Assembly: GCA_965242865.1 (NCBI GenBank)
Contig: CBDETK010000013.1
Coordinates: 2,272,001-2,336,000 of the forward strand
From: Candidatus Latescibacterota bacterium
GTDB lineage: Bacteria > Latescibacterota > UBA2968 > UBA8231
DNA: 64,000 bases
Reading direction: 5' to 3'
The notes under the pieces were generated by a model, which saw nothing but the letters and a program-made list of their open reading frames with translations, did not search any database and was not told the origin of the DNA. Shown here in pieces: positions 39,356 through 50,679 of this stretch; positions within the stretch are counted from its first letter, which is position 1, and every line of letters begins with the position of its first letter. The translations under genes were made by a program, and so were the position numbers.

Positions 39356-40062
39356 TCGGCCGCCTCCTCGGCTGGGCGATCGCTTTCGATGCGGCCATCG
39401 CGGAAGCGGACGATGCGGCGGCTGCGGCGGGCGAGGTGCTCTTCGTGCGTCACTAGGAGCACGGTGTTGCCGGCCGCGTGCATTTGGTCAAACAGCTCCA
39501 TGATCTCGTCGCCGGTGCGCGAGTCCAAGGCGCCGGTCGGCTCGTCGGCGAGGATGATGGAGGGGTCGTTGACGAGGGCGCGGGCAATGGCCACGCGCTG
39601 CCGCTGGCCGCCGGACAGCTCGTTGGGCCGGTGGTCGATGCGCTCGGCCAAGCCCACGGACGCGAGGGCGCGGGCGGCCCGCTCGCGGCGTTGGCGCGCT
39701 GGCAGGCCGCTGTAAATCAGGGGCAGTTCGACATTGCCCAAGGCGTTGGCGCGGGGCAGGAGGTTAAAGGTTTGAAAGACGAAGCCGATTTGTCGATTGC
39801 GGATGCGCGCCAAGTCGTCGTCGTCCATTTCGCTGACGAGGACTTGGCCGAGCGCGTAGCGGCCCGAGGTGGGCACATCGAGGCAGCCGAGGATGTTGAG
39901 CAAGGTGCTCTTGCCCGACCCCGAAGGCCCCATGATGGCCACGTATTCGCCAGCCGCCACGCAGAGATCGACCTCGCTGAGGGCGTGGACCGCCGTCGCC
40001 CCCATGTCGTAGGTCTTGGTCAGGTTGCGTATTTCAATGATTGGGTCCACGGGCTGTTCCAA
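39352..40062 (-). CDS. ABC transporter ATP-binding protein (MacB/LolD family)
   Basis: [30 protein letters not shown]. Confidence 0.95.
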   Translation of the reverse strand: MEQPVDPIIEIRNLTKTYDMGATAVHALSEVDLCVAAGEYVAIMGPSGSGKSTLLNILGCLDVPTSGRYALGQVLVSEMDDDDLARIRNRQIGFVFQTFNLLPRANALGNVELPLIYSGLPARQRRERAARALASVGLAERIDHRPNELSGGQRQRVAIARALVNDPSIILADEPTGALDSRTGDEIMELFDQMHAAGNTVLLVTHEEHLARRSRRIVRFRDGRIESDRPAEEAAE

Positions 40063-40699
40063 TCGCTCGCACTTGCCCGCGCTCTAGCCACCCGGCCGCC
40101 TTGGCGGGCGGCTGCCGGACGCGCACGTAGCCAGCCTGCTCTTCTTCGACGAGCAGGACCGCACCCGCCTCGACGCGGGCTAGCATGGGAGCACTCGGAG
40201 CGGGGGCGGTGCGCAGGACGCCGCCGGTGGGCGCGTACACCATGCGCTCGATAAAGCCATCGACGGTGGCTCTAAACACGGCCAAGGCGTCGCCAGCCAA
40301 GGCGCTGTGGGGCGCGACCTGCGGAGCCGCTAGCTTGCTGTACCGCCAAGTGATCTCGGCCGCGGTTGGGCGGTGGGGGCGGAGGTGGGCTAGTTCGGGC
40401 GCGGGCGCGGGCGCCTTGGGGCCGGCGGCGGTAAAGATGGCGGTGACTAAGGTCTCGGTTTCGGGGTTGTAGGGGCTGGGCCGGGCCTGCCAGCGGACCA
40501 GTTGGCCGCTGTCGTATGCTTGCAGGATGTAAGCGCGGGTCAGTTCGTCGAAGCGCGCCACAATGCCTTGGTATTCGCACTCGGCGCGTTGCAAGCCGTC
40601 GATGTCGCGGGCCATATCGCGCACGACGCTTGGGTTGGGGGTGGGGAGCAAGACGAGGACGGGTGCGAGCACCGTCTTGAGGATGCGGGTAGCTACCAT
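40034..40699 (-). CDS. Hypothetical protein with C-terminal SH3b-like domain
   Basis: [18 protein letters not shown]...YVRVR...GWL; likely ATG 40699. Confidence 0.55.
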   Translation of the reverse strand: MVATRILKTVLAPVLVLLPTPNPSVVRDMARDIDGLQRAECEYQGIVARFDELTRAYILQAYDSGQLVRWQARPSPYNPETETLVTAIFTAAGPKAPAPAPELAHLRPHRPTAAEITWRYSKLAAPQVAPHSALAGDALAVFRATVDGFIERMVYAPTGGVLRTAPAPSAPMLARVEAGAVLLVEEEQAGYVRVRQPPAKAAGWLERGQVRAIGTARGPNH

Positions 40700-40718
40700 G
40701 GCGTTGGGGTCTGTAAGG

Positions 40719-40747
40719 ATGCTAGCGCATCGGGGTATCCTTGTCAA
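40719..40747 (-). promoter_or_regulatory. Sigma70-type promoter for SH3/ABC exporter operon
   Basis: Minus strand TTGACA-17 nt-TAGCAT. Confidence 0.55.
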
Positions 40748-40781
40748 GAAACGCAGGGGGCAAAGACGCGGGCTAGGCTTT

Positions 40782-40808
40782 GTCTTTCCCGCGAAAGCGG
40801 GAATCCAG
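40782..40808. repeat. REP-like palindrome (GTCwTTCCCGCG-N-GCGGGAATCCAG type)
   Basis: gtctttcccgcgaaagcgggaatccag; similar copy at 61337-61362. Confidence 0.7.
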
Positions 40809-40880
40809 AGCGGCTGCGTCCTCGCATGCGGAAATACGGGTTGCGCTCCTAAAGGATTTTTTAGTCCATATCCTGCTTTT

Positions 40881-40896
40881 TGGCACGCAATTTGCA
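40881..40896 (+). promoter_or_regulatory. Sigma-54 (-24/-12) promoter
   Basis: TGGCACG-CAAT-TTGCA, exact consensus; AAGGAGG and ATG (40940) downstream. Confidence 0.8.
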
Positions 40897-41020
40897 TACA
40901 TAATCGTAGAAGCAAGGCCGATACGAAAGAAAGGAGGGGATGCGAACTCGTATCGGCTGTCTTTCAACCCTCACTTCCAGCACCATAGCAGTATCGGGCC
41001 GCTGGCGTACTGGGCAACAT

Positions 41021-41300
41021 AGAGCGTATACGAAAATTGCTTTTCTGTTGATAAAAAGGTCTTGGCAACCTACACTTTCCGTAGCATTTGACCCCAATTT
41101 AGAGGAGGAAAGTCATGGTCACCAAGCCTCATTCCCAAGCCCCGCTTTGGCATACCCCAGACGCCTTGTGGAATCAGATCGCGCCGATACTGGGAGCGGA
41201 CAAACAACCCGGCACGGTCGGACGCCCAGCCACCCCCAACCGCGTTATTTTCGACGCCCTGATCGTTGTGTTGCACAGCGGCTGCCCGTGGCAAGCTCGC
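41021..41300 (+). mobile_element. Truncated IS5-family element (left end + N-terminal DUF4096-like transposase fragment from ATG 41115)
   Basis: PDALWNQIAPIL...GRP..NRVIFDALIVVLHSGCPW; GGAGG RBS; putative IR AGAGCGTATACGAAAA at 41021. Confidence 0.75.
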
Positions 41301-41580
41301 GAGGATGCACAACCTATCTATCGGAAAAGCATCCTCCCGCAATGCTGCGATTGTGCCTCTTTTGACAGCAATGTCCGAACTCCCAACCCCAGAGATTGTT
41401 AAATTGCTCGAGTCGATGGACAGAACAGGTCCCAGTGATCGCAGTTTGGAGAGTTGGCGCAATCTGATTGTCAAGCCGCGGTTTTTGGCGGAACCAGCGC
41501 ACGAAGAGTCAAAGTAATTGTACATAGATCGGCATACTTTATGGGTTTATGGGCGCGGCATTGATGTTTTGTTTATGTCC

Positions 41581-44500
41581 ATGCGGCTATTCCTCCTCTT
41601 CTCGCTTTTGTCCGCGCCCTCTTTGGGGTTGGCCGCCGAGTTTGCCTGCGCGGCGTTGAAGGCGGCGGCGCAGCCGGTTGCCCAGACGCCGGAGCAGCTG
41701 AGCGCGTTGGTCATCTTCGCGCAGTTTGCCGACGAGAAGGCCAGCGACTCAGCCCCCGCATGGGCAAACGACCTGTTCGACGACGACCTACCCGGCAGCT
41801 TTGCCCATTTCTACCGCGAGATGTCGGCCGGCCAGCTCCACGTGGGAGGCCAAGTGTTGCCGCGACGCTATCGCTCTCGGGCGGCCGCCGAGGCCTATTT
41901 GGCCGAGGCCGCCGGGGCCTTGGGCCAGTTTGGCCGCTTCAATCTGGAAATTCTCGCGGCCGCCGACGCGGACATTGACTTGGGGCTCTTTGACAACGAT
42001 GGCCCCGACGGAGTGCCCAACTCCGGCGACGACGACGGGTACGTCGATATCGTCTTTATCAACCTGCACACCGCGCCCCGCGACTTTTTTCTCGGCGTGG
42101 CCACGGGCATCGCCAGTCTGGGGCTAGACGCCGATTACATCAGCGGCGACGCAGCGGCCGGCGGCGGCTTTGTGCGGGTGCGGAGTCGCTTCGCAGGTTT
42201 TGGCGGGACCACGCAGCGGGGCCACACCTTCAGCATCACGGCCTCGTCGATGTGCCACGAGTTCGCGCACGTGTTGGGCTTGCCCGATCTCTTCGATCAG
42301 ACCGCATTGACTGTGGCCGAGTTGGACCCGGAGGACGATTCGGCCGGCATTGGCAAGTGGGGGATCATGGGCCGGGGGACGCTCGGTTGGAATGCGGGCG
42401 ATGGCCCCAACGCATTTTCAGCTTGGTCGCTGGCGACCCTCGGTTGGGTGGAGGTGGTGGAAGTGCAAGGGAGCGTCGAGGGGCTGGCAATCGGGGAGAT
42501 CTTCAGCGACCGGAAGGCGTACAAAATTCCCCTGACCCAAGACGAGTATTTCCTGCTGGAGCACCGGCGGGCCGACGGCTCGTACTACAACCGCAATATC
42601 CCGCAAGACGGCCTGCTCATTTGGCACATAGACGAGCGGGCCGACAACGACGAGGAACGCCACAAACGGGTCGATTTAGTCTGCGCCGATGGGCTTTTTG
42701 CCGACCGGGGGTTTCCCAACGGCACCCCCGATGTAGTGGAAGGCCGCGACAATCTCGACTTTTGGGCGCGAGACTCCGCGTACTCTGCGGCGCACAACGG
42801 CAATGAAGGCGACGCGACCGACCCTTTTGACGGCGTGCGCTTCCGCCGCTTTGCTTGGGACACAAATCCAGCCCTCAGCGGGTACACGGGGTTTGCGCGG
42901 AATGTGCCGTTGGGCGTGGCCCTAGACAGCATCTGCCCGCACGGCACCGCGATGGTCGTCGACGTGGTCCGGTCGCCCCGCCCCGGCCACCTCGTCGGCG
43001 CTGCAACGTGGACGGGCCGAGTGGATTTAGACGGAGACGTGGTCGTGACGCCGGGCGCGACCCTGACCATTGACGCCGGGGCGGAGATCCGCTTTGCCCG
43101 CGGCGATGCACACGGCACGGGGTTTGATCCAGACCGCAGCGAGCTGATCGTCTATGGCGATCTCACCATCGGGCAGGGGGCTTCTTTTGCGTCGAGTGCA
43201 TCGCGCACCGGCCCGTTGGATTGGTCGGGCATTTACCTGCTCAACGGCCAAGCGGTCGATCCCTCGGCGCTGGCGGTCGAGCACGCCCATCGCGGGGTGG
43301 TTGATTTCCGCCTCCCGCCGGGGCGGACTCAGTGGTGGGGCGAGCGGGCCGTGCATGCGGATTTGCTGGTGCCGGCCGGGTCCGAACTGCACATTGGCCC
43401 GAGCACCGTGTCTTTTGCCCGCTTTGATCTCAGCCGGCGCGGCGCGTCCCCGGACTTCGCCGAGCTGATCGTGGAAGGCGCGTTGACGATTGAAGGGGGG
43501 GCCGGACAGCGGGCGCAGCTAACGACCGATCCCGGGCCAGACAACGACGGCTTGTGGTACGGCATTCGCGTACGGCCGGGGGCCCGAGTCAAAGTGCAGC
43601 ACGCCGAGCTAACGCGCACGGCTTTTGCCTTTGCCGGCGAGATTGACGAGGCGACGACCCTGCGCATCGCGGACTCCGCAGTGCGCGAAAGCGGCGGCAA
43701 TGGCCTGCGGCTGACGCTCAATGGCCGTGCCCAAGTAGATCGGAGCGAGTTTACCACCATTGCCGGCCCGGCCGTGCTCGTGGCCGGCCGCGGCCACCTC
43801 GCGTTGCGCAACACCACCATTGAGGGCAACGGCCAAGAGGGCATTCTGCTCAACAGCGCGTCCTTAGAGGCCATCCGCGTCGCCGTCATCGACAACGGGC
43901 GCCTCAACCCGGACGACCCCCGGGCTGGGGTGCGGGCCTTGGGCGGGCGCGGCCAACGCCTTGAGCTGTGGAAGTCGCAAATTGAGCAAAACACCGGGCA
44001 CGGCCTGGATTTGACGGCGTGGCTGGGGGAGGTGGAATTGCACGACAGCCGCCTCGTCGGCAACCAAGGCGATGGGTTGCGGGCCGAGGGCGCGGCGCGT
44101 TTGGCCTTGGCGCAGGTGCTCGTTGAGCGCAACTTGCGCGCCGGGGCCGAAATCGCCGGGTCGCTGGTGGAGATATGGAACTCGACGTTCCGGGCGCATA
44201 TTGACGCGGGCCTGCGCTTGGGGCCGGGGACGCACGGATTGATTGAGCAGGGCGCGTTTGTCGGGGGCCGAGGTTTGGAGCTAACCGGCGTGGAGTCGCT
44301 GGAGATTCGCGCCAGCGAGTTTGTCCGCGGGACGCCCGCGCTTCAATCCGTAGATGCTGCGCCGCATATCGTCGGCAACCGCTTTGCGGACAACCCCGTC
44401 GCCATCCGGGTCGAAGGCCCCCGGGTGCCAACGGCGATCCGCGACAACACCTTTGCCAACAACGCCACGGCCATTGAGAACCGGAGTGCCGACGCGCTAA

Positions 44501-44889
44501 ACGCCCAAGGCAACCACTGGAGCGCGGCCGACAGCGCGGCCATTGCCGCCCAGATTGAGGGCGCGGTCGCGTGGACGGGCGAGGGGGGGGCCAAGGCGGC
44601 GGTCCTGCCCGCCGACTTTGCGCTGCATCCGGCCTATCCCAACCCCTTCAACGCCGAGGTCGCGCTGTCGTTTGACCTGCCCCAAGCCGCGTCGGTCGCG
44701 CTGGTGCTCTACGATGCGTTGGGCCGGCCCGTGCGCCAGCTCGTGGATGGGCCGCTGGCGGCGGGCCGCTACCGATTCGGCTGGGACGGCCGCGACCAAC
44801 GCGGGACAGCCGTGGCTTCGGGGATTTACCTTTATCGCTTGGTGGCGGATTCGTTTGTCGCGGTGGGCCGCTTGGCCTTGGTGCGCTGA
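41581..44889 (+). CDS. Secreted M6 (immune inhibitor A-like) metalloprotease with right-handed beta-helix and FlgD-Ig/T9SS-like C-terminal domain
   Basis: Signal peptide; [14 protein letters not shown]; [12 protein letters not shown]; EYFLLEHR; GLLIWHID; beta-helix repeats; [21 protein letters not shown]. Confidence 0.85.
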   Translation: MRLFLLFSLLSAPSLGLAAEFACAALKAAAQPVAQTPEQLSALVIFAQFADEKASDSAPAWANDLFDDDLPGSFAHFYREMSAGQLHVGGQVLPRRYRSRAAAEAYLAEAAGALGQFGRFNLEILAAADADIDLGLFDNDGPDGVPNSGDDDGYVDIVFINLHTAPRDFFLGVATGIASLGLDADYISGDAAAGGGFVRVRSRFAGFGGTTQRGHTFSITASSMCHEFAHVLGLPDLFDQTALTVAELDPEDDSAGIGKWGIMGRGTLGWNAGDGPNAFSAWSLATLGWVEVVEVQGSVEGLAIGEIFSDRKAYKIPLTQDEYFLLEHRRADGSYYNRNIPQDGLLIWHIDERADNDEERHKRVDLVCADGLFADRGFPNGTPDVVEGRDNLDFWARDSAYSAAHNGNEGDATDPFDGVRFRRFAWDTNPALSGYTGFARNVPLGVALDSICPHGTAMVVDVVRSPRPGHLVGAATWTGRVDLDGDVVVTPGATLTIDAGAEIRFARGDAHGTGFDPDRSELIVYGDLTIGQGASFASSASRTGPLDWSGIYLLNGQAVDPSALAVEHAHRGVVDFRLPPGRTQWWGERAVHADLLVPAGSELHIGPSTVSFARFDLSRRGASPDFAELIVEGALTIEGGAGQRAQLTTDPGPDNDGLWYGIRVRPGARVKVQHAELTRTAFAFAGEIDEATTLRIADSAVRESGGNGLRLTLNGRAQVDRSEFTTIAGPAVLVAGRGHLALRNTTIEGNGQEGILLNSASLEAIRVAVIDNGRLNPDDPRAGVRALGGRGQRLELWKSQIEQNTGHGLDLTAWLGEVELHDSRLVGNQGDGLRAEGAARLALAQVLVERNLRAGAEIAGSLVEIWNSTFRAHIDAGLRLGPGTHGLIEQGAFVGGRGLELTGVESLEIRASEFVRGTPALQSVDAAPHIVGNRFADNPVAIRVEGPRVPTAIRDNTFANNATAIENRSADALNAQGNHWSAADSAAIAAQIEGAVAWTGEGGAKAAVLPADFALHPAYPNPFNAEVALSFDLPQAASVALVLYDALGRPVRQLVDGPLAAGRYRFGWDGRDQRGTAVASGIYLYRLVADSFVAVGRLALVR

Positions 44890-45173
44890 TACGTTTGCCA
44901 AGCGGGCACGTGAGCCGTCAGCAAGGCTTTGAAGAGCTTGCCGTGGTTGGGTACGCGCAGGTGCAGCAACTCGTGGACAATGACGAAGTCTTGGAAGCCT
45001 AAGTCCTGATCGGCGAGGTCCGCGGCGAGGGTGACGACGCCAGCGGTCGAACACGAGCCCCACTTGCGCGTCATGCACTGCACACGCACCTGCCGGGGCT
45101 GGACGTTCAGCCGCCGCGCCCAAGATGCGACGCGCTCGCGCATTACTTGGCGTCGTTGGTCAGGCGTCCGCAT
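44832..45173 (-). CDS. YgjP/DUF45 (M48-like) metal-dependent hydrolase, short form
   Basis: [21 protein letters not shown]; follows hsdR as is common. Confidence 0.8.
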   Translation of the reverse strand: MRTPDQRRQVMRERVASWARRLNVQPRQVRVQCMTRKWGSCSTAGVVTLAADLADQDLGFQDFVIVHELLHLRVPNHGKLFKALLTAHVPAWQTYQRTKAKRPTATNESATKR

Positions 45174-48096
45174 CGGTGCTTACTCCCAAAATGCCGAGGA
45201 TGCGCTCTACGACGCGGGTCCGCTCGTCCTTTTGCAGGCGCAGTAGCGGAATATAGAGGGCCGTGCGCAGCCGCCGTTGCTCATCGGCGTTGACGGGCGC
45301 GTTGGGGAAGCGGTCGAGCAGCGTTTCCGCTCGTCGTGCCAACTCCAAGGTGTCGATGCCAGCGATGTCCAGCTTGGCGTCGTCCTTGAGTGCCCAATGG
45401 ACGGCGAATGCTCGCGGCGCTAGCCCGCTAGCTCGCTCGGCCCGGATGGCTGCATCCTTTTCCGCGGCGAGGTTCGCTAACCAGTCCATGGCTTCCTGCG
45501 CGGTTGTCGTGCGATTTTCCAGTTCCTTCAGGATGCTTTCGGCGCGTTGCTTTAAGGGCCGCAGCACGGCCTCTTTGTCTGGGTTGCTCTCGATTTCCTG
45601 CCGGAAGCCGCGCACGAGATTGAACACTTTGGCCGCGGCCAAGCCCGGCTCGCTTTGCAGCGTTTTAAGGGTGGATACGTCAAACGGCACGGTCTTGGTC
45701 AGCCGGCCGAGCCCTTCTTGAGTCGCATTCTCTTGTACCAGAAGCCGCGTTTTATTAGCCAAGTCTGCCGTGTAGTTGGTGCCGCGGGTATAGGCGTTGC
45801 GGACGGCCGCGTAGAGTCGCGCCAGCCGCCTGAAGGTGTCGATGCGGTCGCGCAATGCTGGCGAAGGCGACAAGATCTCCCACAGGGCCTCGATCTCCTT
45901 GTAGGCTGCAAAGAACGCCTTGCGCGACTCGAGTGCTAGAAAACGCCCATAGACGAGCTGCTCCAGTTGTTCATCCGCGCCACCGCTTTCCCCATCGGCG
46001 AGGTAAGTAGCTGCCGCTCGCCCGAGCTTGTCAAGCAAATCGCTCAGCAGGAGATCGAGGTCCTCCAAGGCACCGCTGACATCGGATGCGTCGAACTGCA
46101 ACGCCTTTTTTAATTCGCGCAGGACGCCGACAAAATCGACGACGAGGCCGATCCGTTTTTGGCGGCCGCAAGGGCGGTTCACGCGCGCGATGGCTTGGAG
46201 GAGCACGTGGTCGCGCATGGGCTTGTCGAGATACAAGCAGTAGAGGAGCGGCGCGTCGTAGCCTGTGAGCAGTTTGTCGGTGACGATGAGGATCTGGGGA
46301 TTTGCATCCGCTTTCTTGAACATCAGGCGGGTATCGGCCTCGCGGTCTGGCGAAAGCTGGTACTGCGCAACGAGCGGGCGGTTGACGCTGTCGGCGGCGT
46401 TCTCGGTGTAGACCGGCGTAGTCCATTCGGGAGGCAGCAACTCGTCGAGTGCCTGCTTGTACTGGGCACAGGCTTCGCGGTTCACGCCGACGAGGAACGC
46501 CTTGTAATGGAGCGGTGCCACGTTGTCGCGGAAATGCTGGGCGACGAACGCGGCAACTTTTTTGATGCGGTCGGCGGCGGTGAGGAAGGTGCGCAGGCCG
46601 ATGGCTCGATCGAGGACCTTGTTGAGCTCATCCACATCGGCGACTCCCTCTGTCTCGGCGAGGGCGAAGAACTCTTGGTCGAGCCGCTCTGCCGGCACCA
46701 TCATCTCGCTGGGGGCCATAGTGTGGCAGATCGGCAGCGTTGTTTCGTCCGCAATCGACTCGGCGATGGAGTACTTGTCGAGGTAGCCCAACTCGTCACC
46801 GGCCCCGAATATCTTGAAGGTGCCTTCTCCGTACGCAGTTTGGTCAATGGGGGTGCCGGTGAAGCCGATGATCGTTGCATTGGGCACGGCCGCCATTAGA
46901 TAGGTGCCCAATTCCTTGGCGACCGAGCGGTGCGCCTCGTCGATGAACACGTACACATTGTTGCGCGTATTGGCCTGCTGCTCTAGCCCCTCAAACTTGT
47001 GGATCATGGACAAGATCAGGCCGCGCTTGTCGGTTTTGAGCATATCCCGCAACTCGGCCTTGGAGTTGGCACGCCATACCGCGATGTCCTGCTGCTGCAT
47101 CTCCCCGAGCAGCCGCTCGACCCAGCCCTTGAGTTGCCCTTCGAGTTCCGTCCGGTCCACGACCACTAGGACCGTCGGCGTCTGGAATTCATCCTTGCGT
47201 TCCAAAATCAGCCGTGCGGCCGTGAGCAGAGTGAAGGTCTTGCCGGAGCCTTGGGTGTGCCATATAAGTCCGCGCTGTTTTGCCGGCTCGGCACAGCGCT
47301 CGACGATGCGGTCCACAGCCCGGCGTTGGTGCTGGCGCAGCACGGACTTTTGCGTCTCGCCGTCCTCGACGTAAAACAGAATCCAGTCGCGCAGGGTGCG
47401 CAGGAAATCGGTCGGCTCAAAGAACGATTGGACGGCGAAGCGGTAGCTTTCCTGTGGCTGTTCCTTCCACCGCGCCATGGACCGGCGCACTACGTTCCAA
47501 GTGACGCCATACCAATAGTCGAGGAGGTGTGTAACGTTGAAGAGCTGCGCCGTTCCCATCAGTTCCGGCGTCTCCTGCTCGTAGCGTCGCAACTGGGTGA
47601 CGCCCCGCTCAATGGCGTCGGCGTCCTTTGGGTTCTTATGCTCGACAATGGCGACCGGCACGCCGTTGACCACAAACATCACGTCCGCCCGATTGCCCTT
47701 GCGCGCCGGTGGCTTGAGCTTCCATTCCCAAGTGACGTGGAAGGTGTTGTTGCTCGGTGCATCAAAATCGACGAGTTGGACTGGTCTGGATCGATTTTCG
47801 GCTTCGTCGTACCACGGCCGTTCCCCGCGCAGCCAAGCGAGCATTTCGCGGTTGCCCTCAATCGTCGGCGCGATCGCTTCGAGTCGTTCGACGACGGCGC
47901 GGATGGAATCGTCTGTCATCCAAGGGTTGAACCGCCCGAGTGCGCCTTCAAGCTCATCGCGGAATAGCAGCCCGGCCTCGCCGCCGCGTTTGTGGAGGGC
48001 GTCTTGTGGTGCCAGTGGCTTCCAGCCGATCTCGGCCGCGTGGCGGACCATGGGGAACTGGACGGTGGTGGCTTCGGTGATGTTGAAGGGGGTCAC
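45160..48096 (-). CDS. hsdR: Type I restriction endonuclease subunit R
   Basis: RAD..NGVP..VEHK nuclease motif, [36 protein letters not shown]; GTG 48096 after GGAG (alternative TTG 48117). Confidence 0.92.
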   Translation of the reverse strand: MTPFNITEATTVQFPMVRHAAEIGWKPLAPQDALHKRGGEAGLLFRDELEGALGRFNPWMTDDSIRAVVERLEAIAPTIEGNREMLAWLRGERPWYDEAENRSRPVQLVDFDAPSNNTFHVTWEWKLKPPARKGNRADVMFVVNGVPVAIVEHKNPKDADAIERGVTQLRRYEQETPELMGTAQLFNVTHLLDYWYGVTWNVVRRSMARWKEQPQESYRFAVQSFFEPTDFLRTLRDWILFYVEDGETQKSVLRQHQRRAVDRIVERCAEPAKQRGLIWHTQGSGKTFTLLTAARLILERKDEFQTPTVLVVVDRTELEGQLKGWVERLLGEMQQQDIAVWRANSKAELRDMLKTDKRGLILSMIHKFEGLEQQANTRNNVYVFIDEAHRSVAKELGTYLMAAVPNATIIGFTGTPIDQTAYGEGTFKIFGAGDELGYLDKYSIAESIADETTLPICHTMAPSEMMVPAERLDQEFFALAETEGVADVDELNKVLDRAIGLRTFLTAADRIKKVAAFVAQHFRDNVAPLHYKAFLVGVNREACAQYKQALDELLPPEWTTPVYTENAADSVNRPLVAQYQLSPDREADTRLMFKKADANPQILIVTDKLLTGYDAPLLYCLYLDKPMRDHVLLQAIARVNRPCGRQKRIGLVVDFVGVLRELKKALQFDASDVSGALEDLDLLLSDLLDKLGRAAATYLADGESGGADEQLEQLVYGRFLALESRKAFFAAYKEIEALWEILSPSPALRDRIDTFRRLARLYAAVRNAYTRGTNYTADLANKTRLLVQENATQEGLGRLTKTVPFDVSTLKTLQSEPGLAAAKVFNLVRGFRQEIESNPDKEAVLRPLKQRAESILKELENRTTTAQEAMDWLANLAAEKDAAIRAERASGLAPRAFAVHWALKDDAKLDIAGIDTLELARRAETLLDRFPNAPVNADEQRRLRTALYIPLLRLQKDERTRVVERILGILGVSTDADA

Positions 48097-48168
48097 AAAC
48101 GGCTCTCCAGTTGCCAAGCTCCTCGATTAGCTACATTTTTCGCTAACTTCATTCTCAAGGAATTGGCG

Positions 48169-48402
48169 ATGGTAACAGTGAATGTCCATGAGGCGAAGAC
48201 CAACCTGTCGCGCTTGCTTGCCAAAGTTGAGGCCGGGGAGGAGGTCGTCATTGTCCGCAGCGGTACGCCGGTGGCCCAGCTCGTGCGCGTCCAAAAGCAG
48301 GGCAAGCGGCAATTCGGCTCCATGAAGGGCCAGATAAAACTCGACGACCGCTTCTTTGACCCGCTGCCAGAAGAGGAATTGGCCGCTTGGGAGGGCAATT
48401 GA
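48169..48402 (+). CDS. Phd/YefM family antitoxin
   Basis: VNVHEAKTNLSRLL..VEAGEEVVI..G.PVAQL; AAGGA RBS. Confidence 0.9.
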   Translation: MVTVNVHEAKTNLSRLLAKVEAGEEVVIVRSGTPVAQLVRVQKQGKRQFGSMKGQIKLDDRFFDPLPEEELAAWEGN

Positions 48403-48562
48403 GCGTTGCGCCTTAGAGCACGCGGTGCGCGCTGGATCCTTGCCGGGTCCGCACCGAGACCCTTTCGACCGAATGCTCATCGCCCAAGCATTGTCCGGCA
48501 ATTTGGTCCTCGTTTCCATTGAATCGCTCTTCGATAGGTATGGTGTTCGCCGCCTTTGGTGA
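48399..48562 (+). pseudogene. VapC (PIN) toxin remnant, N-terminal part deleted
   Basis: Only HRDPFDRMLIAQA...FDRYGVRRLW remains; no LLDT motif. Confidence 0.8.
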
Positions 48563-48678
48563 TCTTGGCCAGATCGGATCACTGTACACTTTTGGATAGG
48601 CTAGCCTGACGAGAATGAGACATAATAGCATCCCTATAAGACCCCCTTAAAACTCTCTTTAAAGTCCTGACTTGGCTG

Positions 48679-49899
48679 TCATAGCTTTTCAAATATGACG
48701 ATACTCTCTCGGGCTGCTGTGCGCCCGTACTTTCCCATCTGCTGTGCACTATTTCCACGCCAACGCACTGCTCGTATTTCCTTGCAGGTGAGACCAGCCT
48801 GTTCCCCGATTTCTGCCGTAAATTCGTCAACAAGAATAGCCGTGCCATCGTATTGTGTATTCCCTACGACGAACCCAGCCTTCGCACCTTTGCGACAAAC
48901 ACGGGCAACTTCGCAAAGACACAGATACATATCTAGAAAATATCCGTCCAACATGCGCTGCATACGCTTGTCACTTAGACTGCGGATACTACTATCCAAA
49001 GCCTCCGGGGGCTTATATTCTTTAGCCAACGGTCGACTCGGACGAGCTTCCGGGTGGGAATGGAACGTCTGATATCTAAGTGCTCGATTTGCTTCCCAGT
49101 TATGGAAGGCGAACATCAATTCAACGCCAAAGATGCGTGTATAGTCGTGACGATTCGGATACGGTGGAGAAGTAATCACGGCTGAGTACACTGCATCAGG
49201 TGTCGGCATGGCACGCGCATCCGCTATACGAGCTTCCCAATATCTATCGCTATCGCCTTCGGACTCTGTGACACAAACGTCCGACAACATCATTTCAATC
49301 TGCTTCTGAAAAAAAATCGTAACACTATCGGCACTAGCACCTTGGTTCAACCACCTCAACCAACCTCCATTTGCGACTGCATAGCTAAAACGCGGTATGA
49401 TAGAAAGCAGTGCTAATCGAAAGAAGTCCCGTTCCGAAGACGAACAATCAATGTTCTCAATGCCCACCGCGACTGCATTTAGTGCCTCAAGCCGTCCCTC
49501 CGGGAGTGCCTTGTGAACCAGTTCTGGATATACACGGTCCATGGGCGGCGTGCTATCGTGAATCAATGTACGTTCGAGTATTTGCCATGCTGCTTCCAAC
49601 CGTTGTCTGGAGAAAGTAGCGGTCTTGGTATTGGATGCGAGAACAGCAAGAGGGGAGAGATCAAAGCCGTTACCCGGAACACCCATTTCTTTAGCGGCCA
49701 ATAGCGTTGTACCTGCACCTACGAAGGGGTCAAGGATCTTGTCTTGGTCGTTAAGGTCCCATTCATCTATCAATGCGTGGACGAGATCGTCAGCAAAGCT
49801 GTGAGGAAATAGATACCAACGGTGGACTGCCTTTTCTCTAACACCCCTCGGTGTTACCCAGTGTTTCCATGCACTCCATTCAGTAACTTGCCACTTCAT
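48679..49899 (-). CDS. Amino-DNA methyltransferase (SPPY; probably N4-cytosine)
   Basis: HRWY, ILDPFVGAGTT, ADAR, ITSPPYPNRHDY, FVVGN, RESIVIF. Confidence 0.88.
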   Translation of the reverse strand: MKWQVTEWSAWKHWVTPRGVREKAVHRWYLFPHSFADDLVHALIDEWDLNDQDKILDPFVGAGTTLLAAKEMGVPGNGFDLSPLAVLASNTKTATFSRQRLEAAWQILERTLIHDSTPPMDRVYPELVHKALPEGRLEALNAVAVGIENIDCSSSERDFFRLALLSIIPRFSYAVANGGWLRWLNQGASADSVTIFFQKQIEMMLSDVCVTESEGDSDRYWEARIADARAMPTPDAVYSAVITSPPYPNRHDYTRIFGVELMFAFHNWEANRALRYQTFHSHPEARPSRPLAKEYKPPEALDSSIRSLSDKRMQRMLDGYFLDMYLCLCEVARVCRKGAKAGFVVGNTQYDGTAILVDEFTAEIGEQAGLTCKEIRAVRWRGNSAQQMGKYGRTAARESIVIFEKL

Positions 49900-49914
49900 G
49901 ATGAACTATCAGCT

Positions 49915-50679
49915 CTAGGACACATGCAATTGCGGCTTAATCGAACCTCTGTCAGTGACCGTGTGAGCACTCGGCAACTCAACATCATCGGCATTTCCAA
50001 GTATAATCCGTCCGACGATCTCTCGGAGTTGCTGCTTAATTCCTTCATAGTGAGGTTCACCACGGATATGGTTTATGGTATTCTTAAAGTATTCGTCCGA
50101 AGTCAAAATGTAATCCGCCTGAACTACTAATGCATTCGCACAAATAATACTATCCATGGCATCCATATAAACCAGCCCGTTGATATCCTTTGCCAACTCT
50201 AGTACATCGCTCGCTTGGTCGCTTCGGCTCGTCTTGACAGCGATACCAAGCTTTCCTAACACGGAGGTTAGCCCGTCAATTCTATCCTTGATAGCCGCCA
50301 AGTCGGTGGGGCCGACTCGATCACGAATCTCTTTTTCCCTAAAGCGCGACCAAGTTCTATCTGACACTCCTTCTTTAGCCGCACTCAGAATTGCTTTTCC
50401 TTTTGCTCTTCCAGTGAGTAATTCAAGCTCTGAAATGGGTGCATATTGGACTTGTACATCCTGCTTCAAAAGGAAATCGATAGTTTCTAGACCCTTTTTA
50501 AGACTTTTTTGTAGATTGGCTTCAGAAAGGTTGTTTACCTTCGCTATCGCTGCCTCCTTTGTTTTGAGGTCTTGAGGATATAGATCATCCTTCTTGGCGT
50601 ATTCTAGGTAAATTTCGATGTAATGTAGTGTATTTGTGTCTAGAAACGCTACTTTCCGAAAGAATTGCGTCTTTTTCAT
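49915..50679 (-). CDS. PIN-domain-like protein
   Basis: AFLDTN, SELE, DAMDSIICANA, ILTSD: the four acidic PIN positions. Confidence 0.65.
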   Translation of the reverse strand: MKKTQFFRKVAFLDTNTLHYIEIYLEYAKKDDLYPQDLKTKEAAIAKVNNLSEANLQKSLKKGLETIDFLLKQDVQVQYAPISELELLTGRAKGKAILSAAKEGVSDRTWSRFREKEIRDRVGPTDLAAIKDRIDGLTSVLGKLGIAVKTSRSDQASDVLELAKDINGLVYMDAMDSIICANALVVQADYILTSDEYFKNTINHIRGEPHYEGIKQQLREIVGRIILGNADDVELPSAHTVTDRGSIKPQLHVS

